Origin: Mobula hypostoma
Taxonomy: Eukaryota
Direction of reading: 5' to 3'
NCBI RefSeq assembly: GCF_963921235.1
Contig: NC_086108.1
Location: 51,152,001 to 51,216,000, forward strand
Length of the DNA stretch: 64,000 bases
In this document: in pieces, positions 1 to 12,784 of the stretch
How the letters are laid out: each line of letters begins with the position of its first letter
Position numbering within the stretch: position 1 is the stretch's first letter
Notes under the pieces: generated by a model
What the model saw: only the letters and a program-made list of their open reading frames with translations
Databases searched by the model: none
What the model was told of the DNA's origin: nothing
Program-made: the position numbers and the translations under genes

Positions 1-1438
1 GAAGAAAAGTCTAGCCATGGGGGATAGCCGCTCCTACCTGTGAGTTGAGGGCCCCCACTGCAGTACCTATAAAAGTAAGTTAAAAAAAACTACATCTATT
101 ACACAGAAATGATTTCCCTGTTTATTCCTCCCATGTATATATTCTCATCTAGGTGGGGAAAAAGGAATGAATAAATGATTTTTTTTTTAAAAATTGAGTA
201 ATATAAAATCCACATTATAACATGTATTTCTCGAGATAGGTATATCATCGTCTATTTTTGCTTCCGTTTAGTTTATCAGCACTATGAAAGTTAGCCAAAC
301 CTTATGGCTCTTCTGGAGGAGGTGAGGGCTGCCCTCCGAGAACTGACTGTCTCTTCCTAAAATCTTTCTCTCGTCCTGTTCCCATCCCCTGCTTTCCAGG
401 TTCTCTTACTATTTCCCAAGCAGTTCGGGATTACTGCTCAGCCAGAGTTTCCCTTGGTCTGACCATGCTAATGGGCAGTCCTCTGTTCTTCATGTCTGTA
501 GTTGCCTCTTCCGCCGTCTGATATAGTCGTATCCCTTCTTGGTAAAAGACCCTCAAGTTTAGCAGGGTACGGGGTTTGGAATTTAATCTTTTCTTGCTTT
601 AATATTCGTTTTGCTTTGGAATACTCCTTCCATTTCTGTAGGACCACCAGGGGGTAATCATGATCGAAGTATATTAACTTCCTGTTCCAAAACACCCTCT
701 TCTTAACCCAGGCCCTTCGTAGAATCTCCGCCTTGCTCTTGAATTGAAGGAATCTAAGTACAATGGAGCACAGTTTACCTTCTCTGTCACCGGGAGACGC
801 TGGACAAGCGAACCGTGCGCCCTTTCAATTTCAATCTCCATAGTCTGAGGAATCTCCAGCGCTTCCCGCAGCAGCTTGTCTGCAAAGTCCGTCATCGACA
901 ATCCCTCCGCTCCTTCGGGAACATTATAAATCCTGATATTTTTCCATCGTGATCTTCCCTCCTGGTCAAGCAATTTACTTTCCTGTTGATTTAATATTTT
1001 TATCGTCTTACTTAGTATCTGTTCCACGTTTTGCACGAGATCTTCCATCTTCTCAATTCGAGTCTCTGCCACCGCTATTTTCTCATTGACATTGATGAGC
1101 TCTGACTTTATATCATTGAGTTGCTGCTTTATTTCTTTTTGGACTTCCCTTATCACTTCCAAAATCCTTATCATATTTGCTGCTTCGCCTGCACTAGGCC
1201 CAGCGTCAGCCTCGCCACCACACGCACGTGCAGGAGAGCCGCACGCTGTACCTCACTCTTCCATAGGCTCTTCAGTGGTGCTTTTTTTATCTCTATTCTT
1301 TCTCCCCATTCTTGCTCCCCTTATCAATTCAGGCATTTTCGAAAGATCTTATATTTGATGGATTAACTGAGTAAAATATGTGTTTTCCCAGCTATTGATT
1401 TAAGCTGCCATTCTGAACGATGACGTCACCGGAACCCC
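1..1438 (-). mobile_element. 5' portion of an L1/Tx1-clade LINE: 5'UTR, decayed ORF1 and inter-ORF region; continues off the left edge
   Basis: ORFs 674..1174 and 468..695 read as L1 ORF1p (coiled coil, then RWKNIRIYNVPEGAE, IERAH, FQTPYPAKL), with a stop and frameshifts. The element starts GGGGTTCCGGTGACGTCA. Confidence 0.85.
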
Positions 1439-3325
1439 TACAATCCCTGATTCTATGTCGCCCCTCGCAAGGGACTGAATTTCATTCCTCACCAACAGAG
1501 CCACCCCACCCCCTCTACCCACCTGTCCATACTTTGGATAGGATGTATTTCCCAGCCCCGTTCCCTCAAAGTTGCCATACAAGGTGACAGGGGGGTTAAG
1601 ATGTGTGGTGGATTGGTCTTAATCAGTTGGAGGATCAATTTCAAGAGCCGCAAGGCAGTATTGCAACTTTATAAAACTCTGGTTAGACCACACTTGGAAT
1701 ATGGTGTTCAGTTTGGGTCACCTCATTATAGGAATGATGTAGAAGCTTTAGAGGGGGTGCAGAGAAGATTTACCAGGATGCTGCATGAACTATAGAGAAT
1801 GTCTTATGAGGATAGGTTGAGCAAACTAGTGCTTTTCTCTTTGGAGTGAAAGAGGATGAGAAGTGACATAATAGAGCTGCATAAGACGATAAGAGGTGCA
1901 GATAGAGTTGGCAGCCGGACACACTTTCCCAGGGTAGAAATGGCTAACACAAGGGATCATAACTTTAAGGTACTTGGAAGGAAGCATGGGGGTGAATGTC
2001 CAAGGTAGTTAAAAATAAATAAATAAATAAATAAATAATATATATATATTTTTTTAAATTTTTTATTTTTTTTATTTTTTTTTACAAAGAATGTGTTAGT
2101 GCATGTGCTTCCACAGATGATGTTAGAGGTAGATACATTAGGGACATTTAAAAGCCTCTTAGATGGGTGAAAGAGAAATGAAGGGACATGTGGAAGGAAA
2201 TGATGAGATTAATCTTGTAGTAGGTTAGGGGATCGACACAACATCATGGGCCAAAAGGTCTGCATTGTACTGTGCTGTACTTCTCTATGTTTAAAGTTAA
2301 GTCACTTGGCATCCAAGATGAAGGAGTAAACTGAATTCAGCATTGACTTGCAGAAGACAGAGTGGTAGTAGATGGCTGTCTCTTTGAATGCAGACCTGAG
2401 CGTATTTGGTGATGGGTCAGTTTTTTTTTTAATATTAACAATTTAGATGAAAATGGGATAAACAGGACCAGAAGATAACAGCAGAATTAAAGGCACACTG
2501 GACAGTAAGCAAGGGAATCAAGGATTGCAGTAGGATCAGGATCAGCTAGAAAAATAAGTTGAAAAATGGCAGATAAAATTTAATACGGACAAGTACAAGG
2601 TGTTGCACCAGGATAGTATTTATACAGTAAATGGTAGGGCACTAAGGTGTGTGGTACAACAAAGGGACCTGGGAATACAGATCCATAATTCTTTGAAAGT
2701 GGCTTCACGGGTAGATAGGATCGTAGAGAGCTTTTGGCACATTGGCAGTCATAAATCAGAGTACTAAGTATATTTGAAGTTGTACAAATTTATGGTATTT
2801 TATGCAGTTCTGGTCACCTACCTGCAGGAAATATATCAATAAGCTTGAAAGAATGCTGAGAACATTTATAAATGTGTTGTGGGACTCAAGGACCTGAGTT
2901 ATAGATAAAGGTTGAATAGGCTAGGACTTTATTCCATGGAGCACAAGAGAATGAGGGTAGATCATGTAGAGACGTACAAAATTGAGGGGTAAAGGTAAGG
3001 TAAATATATGGAGGCTTTTTCTCCTGATGCAGGGTGAAACCAGAACTACAGATCATAGGCTTAGGGCAAAAGGAGAAATATTTAAGGGGAATCTTAGGGG
3101 GAACATCTTCAGACAATGATGCATGTGGAATGCGCTGCCAGCAGAGGTGGAAGATGTGAATTCAACTGTAACATTTAAGAGAGGTTTGGATAGATACATG
3201 AATGGTGGGGTTTGGAGGGCTATGGTCTGGGTGCAGGTAGTTTGGACGAGGCAGAAAATGAGACTGACATGGACAAAATGGGCCAATGGCCTGTTTCTGT
3301 GGTGTAGTGCTCCAAGACTCTGACA
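1439..3325 (+). mobile_element. Cluster of decayed CR1-type LINE fragments: short minus-strand endonuclease piece 1439-1560, two plus-strand 3' fragments ~1561-2290 and ~2335-3325
   Basis: GRGGGVALLVR (endonuclease); LYKTLVRPHLEYGVQF..PHY..DVEALE.VQRRFTRM and WNALP (CR1 ORF2 C-terminus). Confidence 0.85.
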
Positions 3326-3384
3326 CTTCTTGACTATTGAGAATCTATGGACTTTAGAAATATTCAAAGTATTAAGGACTAGCG

Positions 3385-5051
3385 AGGTCCTTACTCTTAA
3401 TAATTTCTCCTTTTGCTCCTCCCATTTCCTCCAAACTAAAGGTGTAGCTATGGGCACCCGTATGGGTCCTAGCTATGCCTGCCTTTTTGTTGGGTTTGTG
3501 GAACAATCTATGTTCCGTGCCTATTCTGGTATCTGTCCCCCACTTTTCCTTCGCTATATCGACGACTGCATTGGCGCTGCTTCCTGCACGCATGCAGAAC
3601 TCGTTGACTTTATTAACTTTGCCTCCAACTTTCACCCTGCCCTCAAGTTTACCTGGTCTATTTCCGACACCTCCCTCCCCTTTCTAGATCTTTCTGTCTC
3701 TGTCTCTGGAGACAGCTTATCCACTGATATCTACTATAAGCCTACTGACTCTCACAGCTATCTGGACTATTCCTCTTCTCACCCTGTCTCTTGCAAAAAC
3801 GCCATCCCCTTCTCGCAATTCCTCCGTCTCCGCCGCATCTGCTCTCAGGATGAGGCTTTTCATTCTAGGACGAGGGAGATGTCTTCATTTTTTAAAGAAA
3901 GGGGCTTCCCTTCCTCCACTATCAACTCTGCTCTTAAACGTATCTCCTCCATTTCACGTACATCTGCTCTCACTCCATCCTCCCACCACCCCACTAGGAA
4001 TAGGGTTCCCCTGGTCCTCACCTACCACCCCACCAGCCTCCGGGTCCAACATATTATTCTCCGTAACTTCCGCCACCTCCAACGGGATCCCACCACTAAG
4101 CACATCTTTCCCTCCCCGCCTCTCTCTGCATTCCGCAGGGATCGCTCCCTACACAACTCCCTTGTCCATTCGTCCCCCCATCCCTCCCCACTGATCTCCC
4201 TCCTGGCACTTATCCGTGTAAGCGGAACAAGTGCTACACATGCCCTTACACTTCCTCCCTTACCACCATTCAGGGCCCCAAACAGTCCTTCCAGATGAGG
4301 CATCACTTCACCTGTGAGTCGACTGGGGTGATATACTGCGTCCGGTGCTCCCGATGTGGCCTTTTATATATTGGTGAGACCCGACGCAGACTGGGAGATC
4401 GCTTTGCTGAACATCTACGCTCTGTCCGCCAGAGAAAGCAGGATCTCCCAGTGGCCACACATTTTAATTCCACATCCCATTCCCATTCTGACATGTCTAT
4501 CCACGGCCTCCACTACTGTAAAGATGAAGCCACACTCAGGTTGGAGGAACAACACCTTATATTCCGTCTGGGTAGCCTCCAACCTGATGACATGAACATT
4601 GACTTCTCTAACTTCCGCTAGGCCCCACCTCCCCCTCGTACCCCAGCTGTTACTCATTTTTATGCACACATTCTTTCTCTCACTCTCCTTTTTCTCCCTC
4701 TGTCCCTCTGAATATACCTCTTGCCCATCCTCTGGGTCACCCTCCCCCCCATCTTTCTTCCCGGACCTCCTGTCCCATGATCCTCTCGTATCCCCTTTTG
4801 CCTATCACCTGTCCAGCTCTCGGCTCTATCCCTCCCCCTCCTGTCTTCTCCTATCATTTTGCATCTCCCCCTCCCCCTCCAGCTTTCAAATCCCTTACTC
4901 ACTCTTCCTTCAGTTAGTCCTGACGAAGGGTCTCGGCCTGAAACGTCGACTGCGCCTCTTCCTATAGATGCTGCTTGGCCTGCTGCGTTCACCAGCAACT
5001 TTGATGTATGTTGCTTGAATTTCCAGCATCTGCAGAATTCCTGTTGTTTGC
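3385..5051 (+). mobile_element. Young 5'-truncated Penelope-like retroelement: RT C-terminal half, GIY-YIG endonuclease and 3' tail
   Basis: QTKGVAMGTRMGPSYA and LRYIDD RT motifs; VIYCVRCSRCGLLYIGETRRRLGDRFAEH GIY-YIG motif; stop at 4619-4621; apparently one frameshift near 4175. Confidence 0.93.
4916..4951 (+). ncRNA. Minimal type I hammerhead ribozyme motif in the PLE 3' tail
   Basis: AGTC-CTGACGA-AGG(GTCTCGG)CCT-GAAAC-GTC^GACT: stem I AGTC/GACT, CUGANGA box, stem II, GAAA box, GUC cleavage triplet. Confidence 0.8.
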
Positions 5052-6580
5052 ATATACTTCAAATTCCTCTTTTCATAACCCCATTGAATCAATCATATTA
5101 CTTCTCACTCATCTCAACACTACGGGTACTATCTGAGGTTCTGTAAACTTTCTTCTTAAGAGGACCCATTAACTCTGCGAAAATCAGGTTGGTGTGAGAT
5201 CTCAAGAGGGGAAGTTTCTGGAATGCCTATGAGATGGCTTTTTACAGCAGCTCAAGGTTGAGCTCACAAGGGGACCAGCTATTCTGGATTGGGTGATATG
5301 CAACGAACCAGAAATGATTTGAGAGCTTAAGGTAAAATAACTCTGAGGGGAAAAGCGATCATAATATCGAATTCACCCTGAAATTTGAGAAAGAGAAGCT
5401 AAAGTCAGATGTATCAGTATTATAATCTAGTAAAGGGAATTAGAGGCATTAGAGAGGAGGTGGACAAAATTGATTAGAAAAGAACACTGGCAAGGATATT
5501 GGCAGAGCAGGTGTAGCTGGAATTTCCAGAAGCAATTCAGAAGGCACAGGATATACACATCCCAAAGAGGAAGAAATATTCTAAAGGCAAGATGACATAA
5601 CCATGGCTAAGAAGAGAACATAAAAGCCAAACAGAGGGCATATAATAGAGCAAAAATTGGGGGAAGTTAGAGGATTGCGAAGCTTTTAAAAACCAACAGA
5701 AGGCAACTAAAACAGTCATTAAGGAAAAGATGGAATATGACAGCAAGCTAGCCAATAATATTAAAGAGGATACCAAAATTTTTTCAGATAGATAAAGTGT
5801 AAAAGAGAGGCGAGAGTGGATATCGGACCACTGGAAAACGATGCTGGAGAGGTAGCAATGGGGGACATGGAAATGACGGACAAACTAAATAAGTATTTTG
5901 CATCAGTCTTCACTGTGGAAGACACTAGCAGTATGCTGGAAGTTCAAGAGTGCCAGGGGTCAGAAGCGTGTGAAGTTGCCATTACTGGGGAGAAGGTTTT
6001 CAGGAAACTAAAAGGTCTGAAAGAGGGGTTGAAGAGATTGTGGAGGCATTAGTAATGACCTTTCATGAATCACTAGATTCTGGAATGGTGCTGGAAGACT
6101 GGAAAATTACAAATGCCACTCCACTCTTCAAGAAGGGGAGAGGAAGAAGAAAGGAAACTACAGGCTATTACTCTGACCTCAATGGCTCGTAAGATGTTGT
6201 AGTCAATTCTTAATGATGTGGTTTTGAGGACAGAATGACAGAATAGGTCTTTATCAGCTTGGTTTCCTCAAGGGAAAATCTTGCCTGCTAGAACTGTTGG
6301 AATTATTTGAAAAAAATAACAAGCAGGATAGACAAATGAGAATCAGTGGATGTTGGGTACTTGGATTTTCAGAAGGCCTTTGACAAGGTGCCACACATGA
6401 GGCTGTTTAACAAGTTAAAAGCTAATGGTATTACAGGAAAGATACCAGCATGGATGAAGCAGTGTCTAATTGGCAGGAGGCAAAGGGTGGGAATAAAGAC
6501 AGCCTTTTCTGGTTGGCTGCTGGTGACCAATGCGTTTCCACAGGGGTCTTTTTCTTGGGATTACTTCTTTTTGCAATATA

Positions 6581-8143
6581 CAATAACAAGAAAAAGTTTG
6601 TGAACTCTTTGCAATTACCTGGTTTTCTGCATTAATTACACATAAAGTGGGGTCTGATATCCATCTAAATCACAGTAATGGACAAACACAATCTGCCTAA
6701 ACTAGTAACACACAAACAATTGCACTTTTCCTGTCTTTATTGAACTCATTGTTTAATCATTCACAGCAGAGGCTGGAAAAGGTATGTGAACGTTTGTATT
6801 TAATAACTGGTAGAACCTCCTTTGGCAGCAATACTTCCATCAAATGTTTCTTGTGGATGCTGATCAGACTTGCACAACAGCGAGGAGGAATTTTAGACCA
6901 TTCCTCCAAACAAAACTGTTTCAGTTCATCAATATTTCTGGGATACTTTGCATGAACTGTCCTCTTCAGGTTATGCCACAGCATTTCAATTGGGCTATGG
7001 TCGCACTCTGACTTGGCTATTCCAAAATACAAATCTTCTTCTTTTTAAACTATTCTGTTGTTGATTTACTCTTCTGTTTTGAGTCATTGCTGCGTCATCC
7101 AACTTCTATCAAGCTTCAGGTGACAGACCGCTACCACACCTTGATGCAATTCTGAATTTATTGTTCCTTCAACGACTGCAAGCTGTCCAGGCCCTGAGGC
7201 AGCAAAGCAACCCCAATACATGATGCTCCTTCCACCATGCTTCAAAGTTGGGATGAGGTTTTGGTATTGGTGTGCAATGCTCTTTTCCCTCCAAACATAG
7301 CAGTGGGCCTTTCTGCCAAAAGCTCAACTTCTGTCTCATCTGTCCACAGAACATTGTCTCAGAAGCATTGTGGAACATTCAGGCGGTCCTTTGCAAACTT
7401 GAGATGTGCAGTAATTTTTTTTTGGGGAGAGCAGTGGTTTCCTGCATGTTGCCCTTCTATGAACACCATTCTTGATCAGTGTTTTACTTATAATGGACAC
7501 ATAAATAGAGAAATTACCAAGTTCTAGATGTTTCTGCAGGTCCTTTGCTGTTATCCTTGGGTTCTTTTACACCTCCTACAGCATTGCACAAGATGCGTAC
7601 TCCTAGGGAGAATAGCAACAGTACTGATTTACCTCTATTTGTAGGTAATTTCTCTTACTGTGGACTGATGAACTCTCAGCTCTTTAGAAATGATTTTGGA
7701 GCTTTTTCCAGTTTCATGCATCTTTACAATTCTTCTTGTAAGGTCCTCTGAAAGTTGTTTTGATCGATGCATGGTGCACATAAACAGATCTTTCTTGAGA
7801 AGAGCAGGTTCTGTCAGTTACCTGACTTTGTGTGGCTTTTTAATCGGACAGTGCACCTCTACAACCTACACCTCCAATCTCATCTCATTGATTGGAACAC
7901 CTGACTCCAAATGGCTTTTGCAAAAGACATTACCCCATAGGTTCACATAGTTTTTGAAACTAGCTTGTGATTGTTTAAATGGTGTATAGACGAGAAGTAG
8001 TACAATTGTTTGTGTGTTGTTAGCTTAGGCAGGTTGTGTTTGTCTATTATTGTCACTTAGATGAAGATCAGACCACATTTTATGAGTAATTAATGCAGTA
8101 AAACAGGAAATAGCAAAGAGTTCACAAACTTTTCTTGGAATCG
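6581..8143 (-). mobile_element. Near full-length decayed Tc1-family DNA transposon with long terminal inverted repeats
   Basis: TA on both sides; inverted termini CAAGAAAAAGTTTGTGAAC... / ...GTTCACAAACTTTTCTTG; transposase remnants (SPIEMLWHNLK, NIDELKQFCLEEWSKIP). Confidence 0.9.
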
Positions 8144-8295
8144 TATGTCAATGACTTTAGATGACAGAAATGATGGCTTTGTTGCAAAGTTTGTGGATGA
8201 TATGCAGATAGGTGGTCACGCAGGTAGTTTTGAGGAAGTAGAACTTGGTAGAAAAAAATAAAAGGGTAGATTATTTTCCAAATGGAGTGAAAATT

Positions 8296-8481
8296 CAAAA
8301 ATCTGAGGCACAAAGGGACTTGGGGAGCCCCTGTACAGGATTCGTTAAAGTTTAATATGCAGGTTGGGTCGATGGTGAGGAAGGCAAACAAAAATCTGAG
8401 GCACAAAGGAACTTGGGGGGTCCCTGTACAGGATTCACTAAAGGTTAATTTGCAGGTTGGGTCGATGGTGAGGAAGGCAAA
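8296..8481 (+). repeat. 93-bp tandem duplication inside the CR1 fragment
   Basis: CAAAAATCTGAGGCACAAAGG...GGTGAGGAAGGCAAA occurs twice head to tail with a few substitutions. Confidence 0.9.
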
Positions 8482-9290
8482 CATGATATTAGCATTCATT
8501 TGAAGAGGTCTAGAATAGCAAAGCAAGGATGTAATGTTGAGGCTTTATAAAGCACTGGTGAGGCCTCTCTTGGAAGTATTGTGAGAAGTTTTAGGCCCCT
8601 TATCTTTGAAAGGATGTGCTGGCTCTGGAGAGGGTTCAAAGGAGGTTCATGAAACTGATTCCAGGATTAAACAGTTTGTCATATGAAGACTGTTTGCTGG
8701 CTCTGGGCCTGTGTTCACTAGAATTCAGGGGTGACCTAATTGAATGGTGAAGGCCTCGATAGAGTGGATGCGGAGAGGATGTTTCCTATGGTGGGAGAGT
8801 CAAGGACCAGAAGAGACAACCTCAAAATAGAGGGACATCCTTTTAGAATGAGATGAGGAGGTATTTCTTTAGACAAAGAGGGGCGAACCTGTGGAATTTG
8901 TTGCCACAAGTGGCTGTGGAGGCCAAGTCGTTATGTAAATTTAAGGCAGAGGTTGATATATTCTTGATTGGTCAGGGCATGAAGGGGTATAGGAAGAAGG
9001 CAGGAGATTGGGGCTGAGAGGGAAAATGGATCAGCCATGATGAAATAGGGAGCAGATTTGATGGCCCAAATGCCCAAATTCTGCTCCTATATTTTATGGT
9101 CTTACGGTCTAATTGAATTGACAACAAACCTACTGAGCAGTAAGCCTGCCTGTCACTGTTACTTTGTACACGTAAATTTCAGAGTAAAAAATTGAAATTA
9201 TAACGGCACCCTCAGTCTATTTGCATCGATAACTATATGATTTTTTAAATAAACAATTACCAAAGTCAGATAAGGAAGTTAAATCTTTCA

Positions 9291-9464
<174 letters not shown>

Positions 9465-10334
9465 TTAAAAGAATAGCACATAAGTAACACATCATTTATT
9501 GGCAATGAAAAAAAATTAAAACAATTTTCTCTCCTGTAAATCTTTATAGTCTAAGAAATAAGTAACATTATCTGCAATTTTACTTTTCTAATGAAACTGT
9601 GATTACCAGCTGACTATATGAATCAATAATTATTTATCTAAACCCATCCCAATGGGAAACAAACTTGATTAGATAGGTCACGATTTTCAACCTGTGCGAT
9701 TGTAAATTCCATCTCTACCACAGGAAGTGAAAGTCAGCCGATGGGTTGATAAAAACTTCCACTTAAAAGCTTCAAAGAACTGAACAATTGAATATGAAAA
9801 AAGTAATAAAATCTATTTCTTTAAAAATGTTACTCAAGTTTTCTGGCATCAGCTACATCATCTTCCAAAAGACTACAAGAAATAAAGTCACATGGAAGAA
9901 CGTGCATTTTCTGTGATATACGATAAAGGCTGTGTCGCAGATTAGGAGTTCTGGTGAGCCCTCTTCTCTGAATCATTCCTACAAACCCAGTGTTCATACT
10001 CAGTATGATGCCTGGTTCCAAGCTCAGAAAGTGCCATGTTCAAAACAAAAAAAGGATGGAATTAGGGGATCTCAGCTACAATCCTGCAGAGTTCTGTAAT
10101 TTAACTCAGCATTTTTGCATTCCTATAGGTTATTAATACCCAATGAACATTTCTTCCAAGATACCTAAAACACAGTAAAGTGAGGCAAAACTGTTAAGGC
10201 AATACTCAATGACTGTACTCATGTGCAGGATACTGGATTGCGGGCGTTCCTCAACAAGAAAAGAGAAAACAAAATCAGGAAGAAGAAAGAGGCACATCAT
10301 TTTTCATAATAAGAGAAAAGCAAATTTTAAGATT

Positions 10335-11135
10335 TGAGCAACACACATAAAAGTTGCTGGTGAATGCAGCAGGCCAGGCAGTATCTCTAGGAAGAGGTGC
10401 AGTCGACGTTTCAGGCCGAGACCCTTCGTCAGGACTAACTGAAGGAAGAGTGAGTAAGGGATTTGAAAGTTGGAGGGGGAGGGGGAGATCCAAAATGATA
10501 GGAGAAGACAGGAGGGGGAGGGATGGAGCCAAGAGCTGGACAGGTGATTGGCAAAAGGGATACGAGAAGATCATGGGACAGGAGGTCCGGGAAGAAAAGC
10601 GGGGGGGACCCAGAGGACGGGCAAGGGGTATATTCAGAGGGACAGAGGGAGAAAAAGGAGAGTGACAGAAAGAATGTGTGTATAAAAATAAGTAACAGAT
10701 GGGGTACGAGGGGGAGGTGGGGCATTAGCGGAAGTTAGAGAAGTCGATGTTCATGCCATCAGGTTGGAGGCTACCCAGACGGAATATAAAGTGTTGTTCC
10801 TCCAACCTGAGTGTGGCTTCATCTTTACAATAGAGGAGGCCGTGGATAGACATGTCAGAATGGGAATGGGATGTGGAATTAAAATGTGTGGCTACTGGGA
10901 GATCCTGCATTCTCTGGCGGACAGAGCGTAGGTGTTCAGCAAAGCGGTCTCCCAGTCTGCGTCGGGTCTCGCCAATATATAAAAGGCCACATCGGGAGCA
11001 CCGGACGCAGTACATCACCCCAGCCGACTCACAGGTGAAGTGTTGCCTCACCTGGAAGGACTGTTTGGGGCCCTGAATGGTGGTAAGGGAGGAAGTGTAA
11101 GGGCACGTGTAGCACTTGTTCCGCTTACACGGATA
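10335..11135 (-). mobile_element. Second young Penelope-like copy (GIY-YIG domain and 3' tail only), same family as 3385-5051
   Basis: ORF 10725..11051 is almost identical to ORF 4295..4621; the tails are collinear. Confidence 0.93.
10401..10436 (-). ncRNA. Minimal type I hammerhead ribozyme motif, sense to the KIFAP3 pre-mRNA
   Basis: Exact reverse complement of 4916-4951. Confidence 0.8.
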
Positions 11136-12229
11136 AAATTTGATAAACTTTTAAACTCCAAACATTTGCAACAATAATAGACTAATTTGTAAAAATTAAT
11201 TCATACACTTTTTGGCACAGGAAGTCAGATTGCCCAGTCTCATATTTTGCGTTCATTCTGAAATAAAATAACGTGGATTAATTCAATCTATAATTAAGAT
11301 CAAATATAATAATAAAATATTTATATCAAGTAATCGGAATCCAAGCTCACAATCCAGTCTGCAATTGAGTGCAAACATAATTATTCATAAAATCCATAGT
11401 TGCAGCCTAGTTACTACAGTAACAAATTTAAGGCTCAAGCAAAACATGCCCCATTTAAATATACTTATTATCACTAGTTACTAACATAACAGCGAAGTAT
11501 TTGGATGTTGAGGCTATACTGAAGAAGCAGTGATAATTCTTCAAACAATTCCCATATTGAGTATCAGATACCACAGTCCCAGGCTGAAACCACTGTGTCT
11601 AGACTCCCTGGCACCTGACTTTACTTATTTACCAGGAATCAGAGGGTTTCTCTACACACAACATTCACACACCTTCCCCTTCAACATCTTTGAATGATTA
11701 CAGCCAAAAAAAAGACTTTCTACAAGATTCACTGTTCTAGCCAATCACTCTGGAACTTGCTGTCTGTATTGATTATCTTGTGAACTTCAGCAGATAACTT
11801 CATGTAAAGGCTGTTTTCGGAAGAAATCTTCAGTATCATTTCAATAATGAAAAAGAAAGAGATAATCAAAGGGAACCATCAGAATAATGGCATTCGTGCT
11901 GGTAAAGTCAAACCAGAAGTATGTTACTTAATCAGTTTAAGGCAATCTTTATATTATTATACAAGCACCCACATGCACTGAATTTGAATAACGATAATTC
12001 TGTGGCTTTTTGCACCAAAAATCAAATGACTTTTAGCAGCGTCATAGCAGAAATCAGTTCATTATCCTTGGATCTGAGAATACTTTTCCCCTAATGGCAG
12101 CCACTGCTGCCACTCTCCTCCATAATAATGTATACAGCTTTGAATATTGTGGGGAGGGGGGACCTACTGGGGGAAGCTGCAGTGCCTGGGTCTCTGGCAC
12201 CGAGTCTAGTGTTGTGGTTTTGGAGTTTG

Positions 12230-12545
12230 TTGATTAGACCTCAGGGTATGATTGTATTGAACACTAAGCTATAATCAATAAACAGCAGCATTACATAGGT
12301 ACTGCTATTGTCCAGGTGATCCAAGGCACAGTGGAGAGCCAATGAGATTGCATCTGCTGTAGTACTATTGTGGTGACAGGCAAATTGCAGCAAATCTGCG
12401 TCCTTGCTTACGCAGGCGTTGTTTCTGGCCAAGAACGACCTCTCAAAGGCACTTCATCACAGTACATGTCAGTGCAACGAAGCAACTGTCATTGAGACAG
12501 CTCACCCTGCTCTTCTTAGGCACCAGTATGATTCCCATTAACCGT
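12230..12545 (-). mobile_element. Rex1/Babar LINE RT fragment
   Basis: DLLQFAC..N.TTADAISLALH.ALDHLDN..TYV.LLFIDYS..FNTIIP. Confidence 0.8.
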
Positions 12546-12784
12546 GAATGAACTGGAAATGTCAATCGATGACAGCACATATAAAATCCCAAGGAATGGC
12601 TTCCCTATGTTGTACCTGGTTACTTGGGGCCAGTCCAGCCTTGTGGAAGTCTACAATACTGTCTGATTCACATTATATCAGAATGCACAAGGAAGAATTT
12701 CATTACCCTTGTTTACAAGAAAACGGAAATAAAAGATCTGAAACCTTCACTGTGAAGGATCAAGACCTTATCGACTGTTGAGAA

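Larger units (their letters stand above)
5265..9110 (+). mobile_element. Decayed CR1-type LINE ORF2, interrupted by a Tc1 element at 6581-8143
   Basis: LNKYFASVFTVED and YLDFQKAFDKVPH motifs; CR1 sequence resumes directly after the Tc1 at the TA. Confidence 0.88.

Noticed and set aside
2010..2085. AT-rich quasi-palindrome (AAAT)n-(TA)n-(TTTTA)n
   Set aside because: Simple-sequence expansion inside a CR1 fragment; no evidence of function.
4599..5146. Overlapping ORFs in the PLE tails (also 10275-10738)
   Set aside because: Low-complexity purine/pyrimidine-skewed 3' tail sequence repeated between copies; no protein signature.
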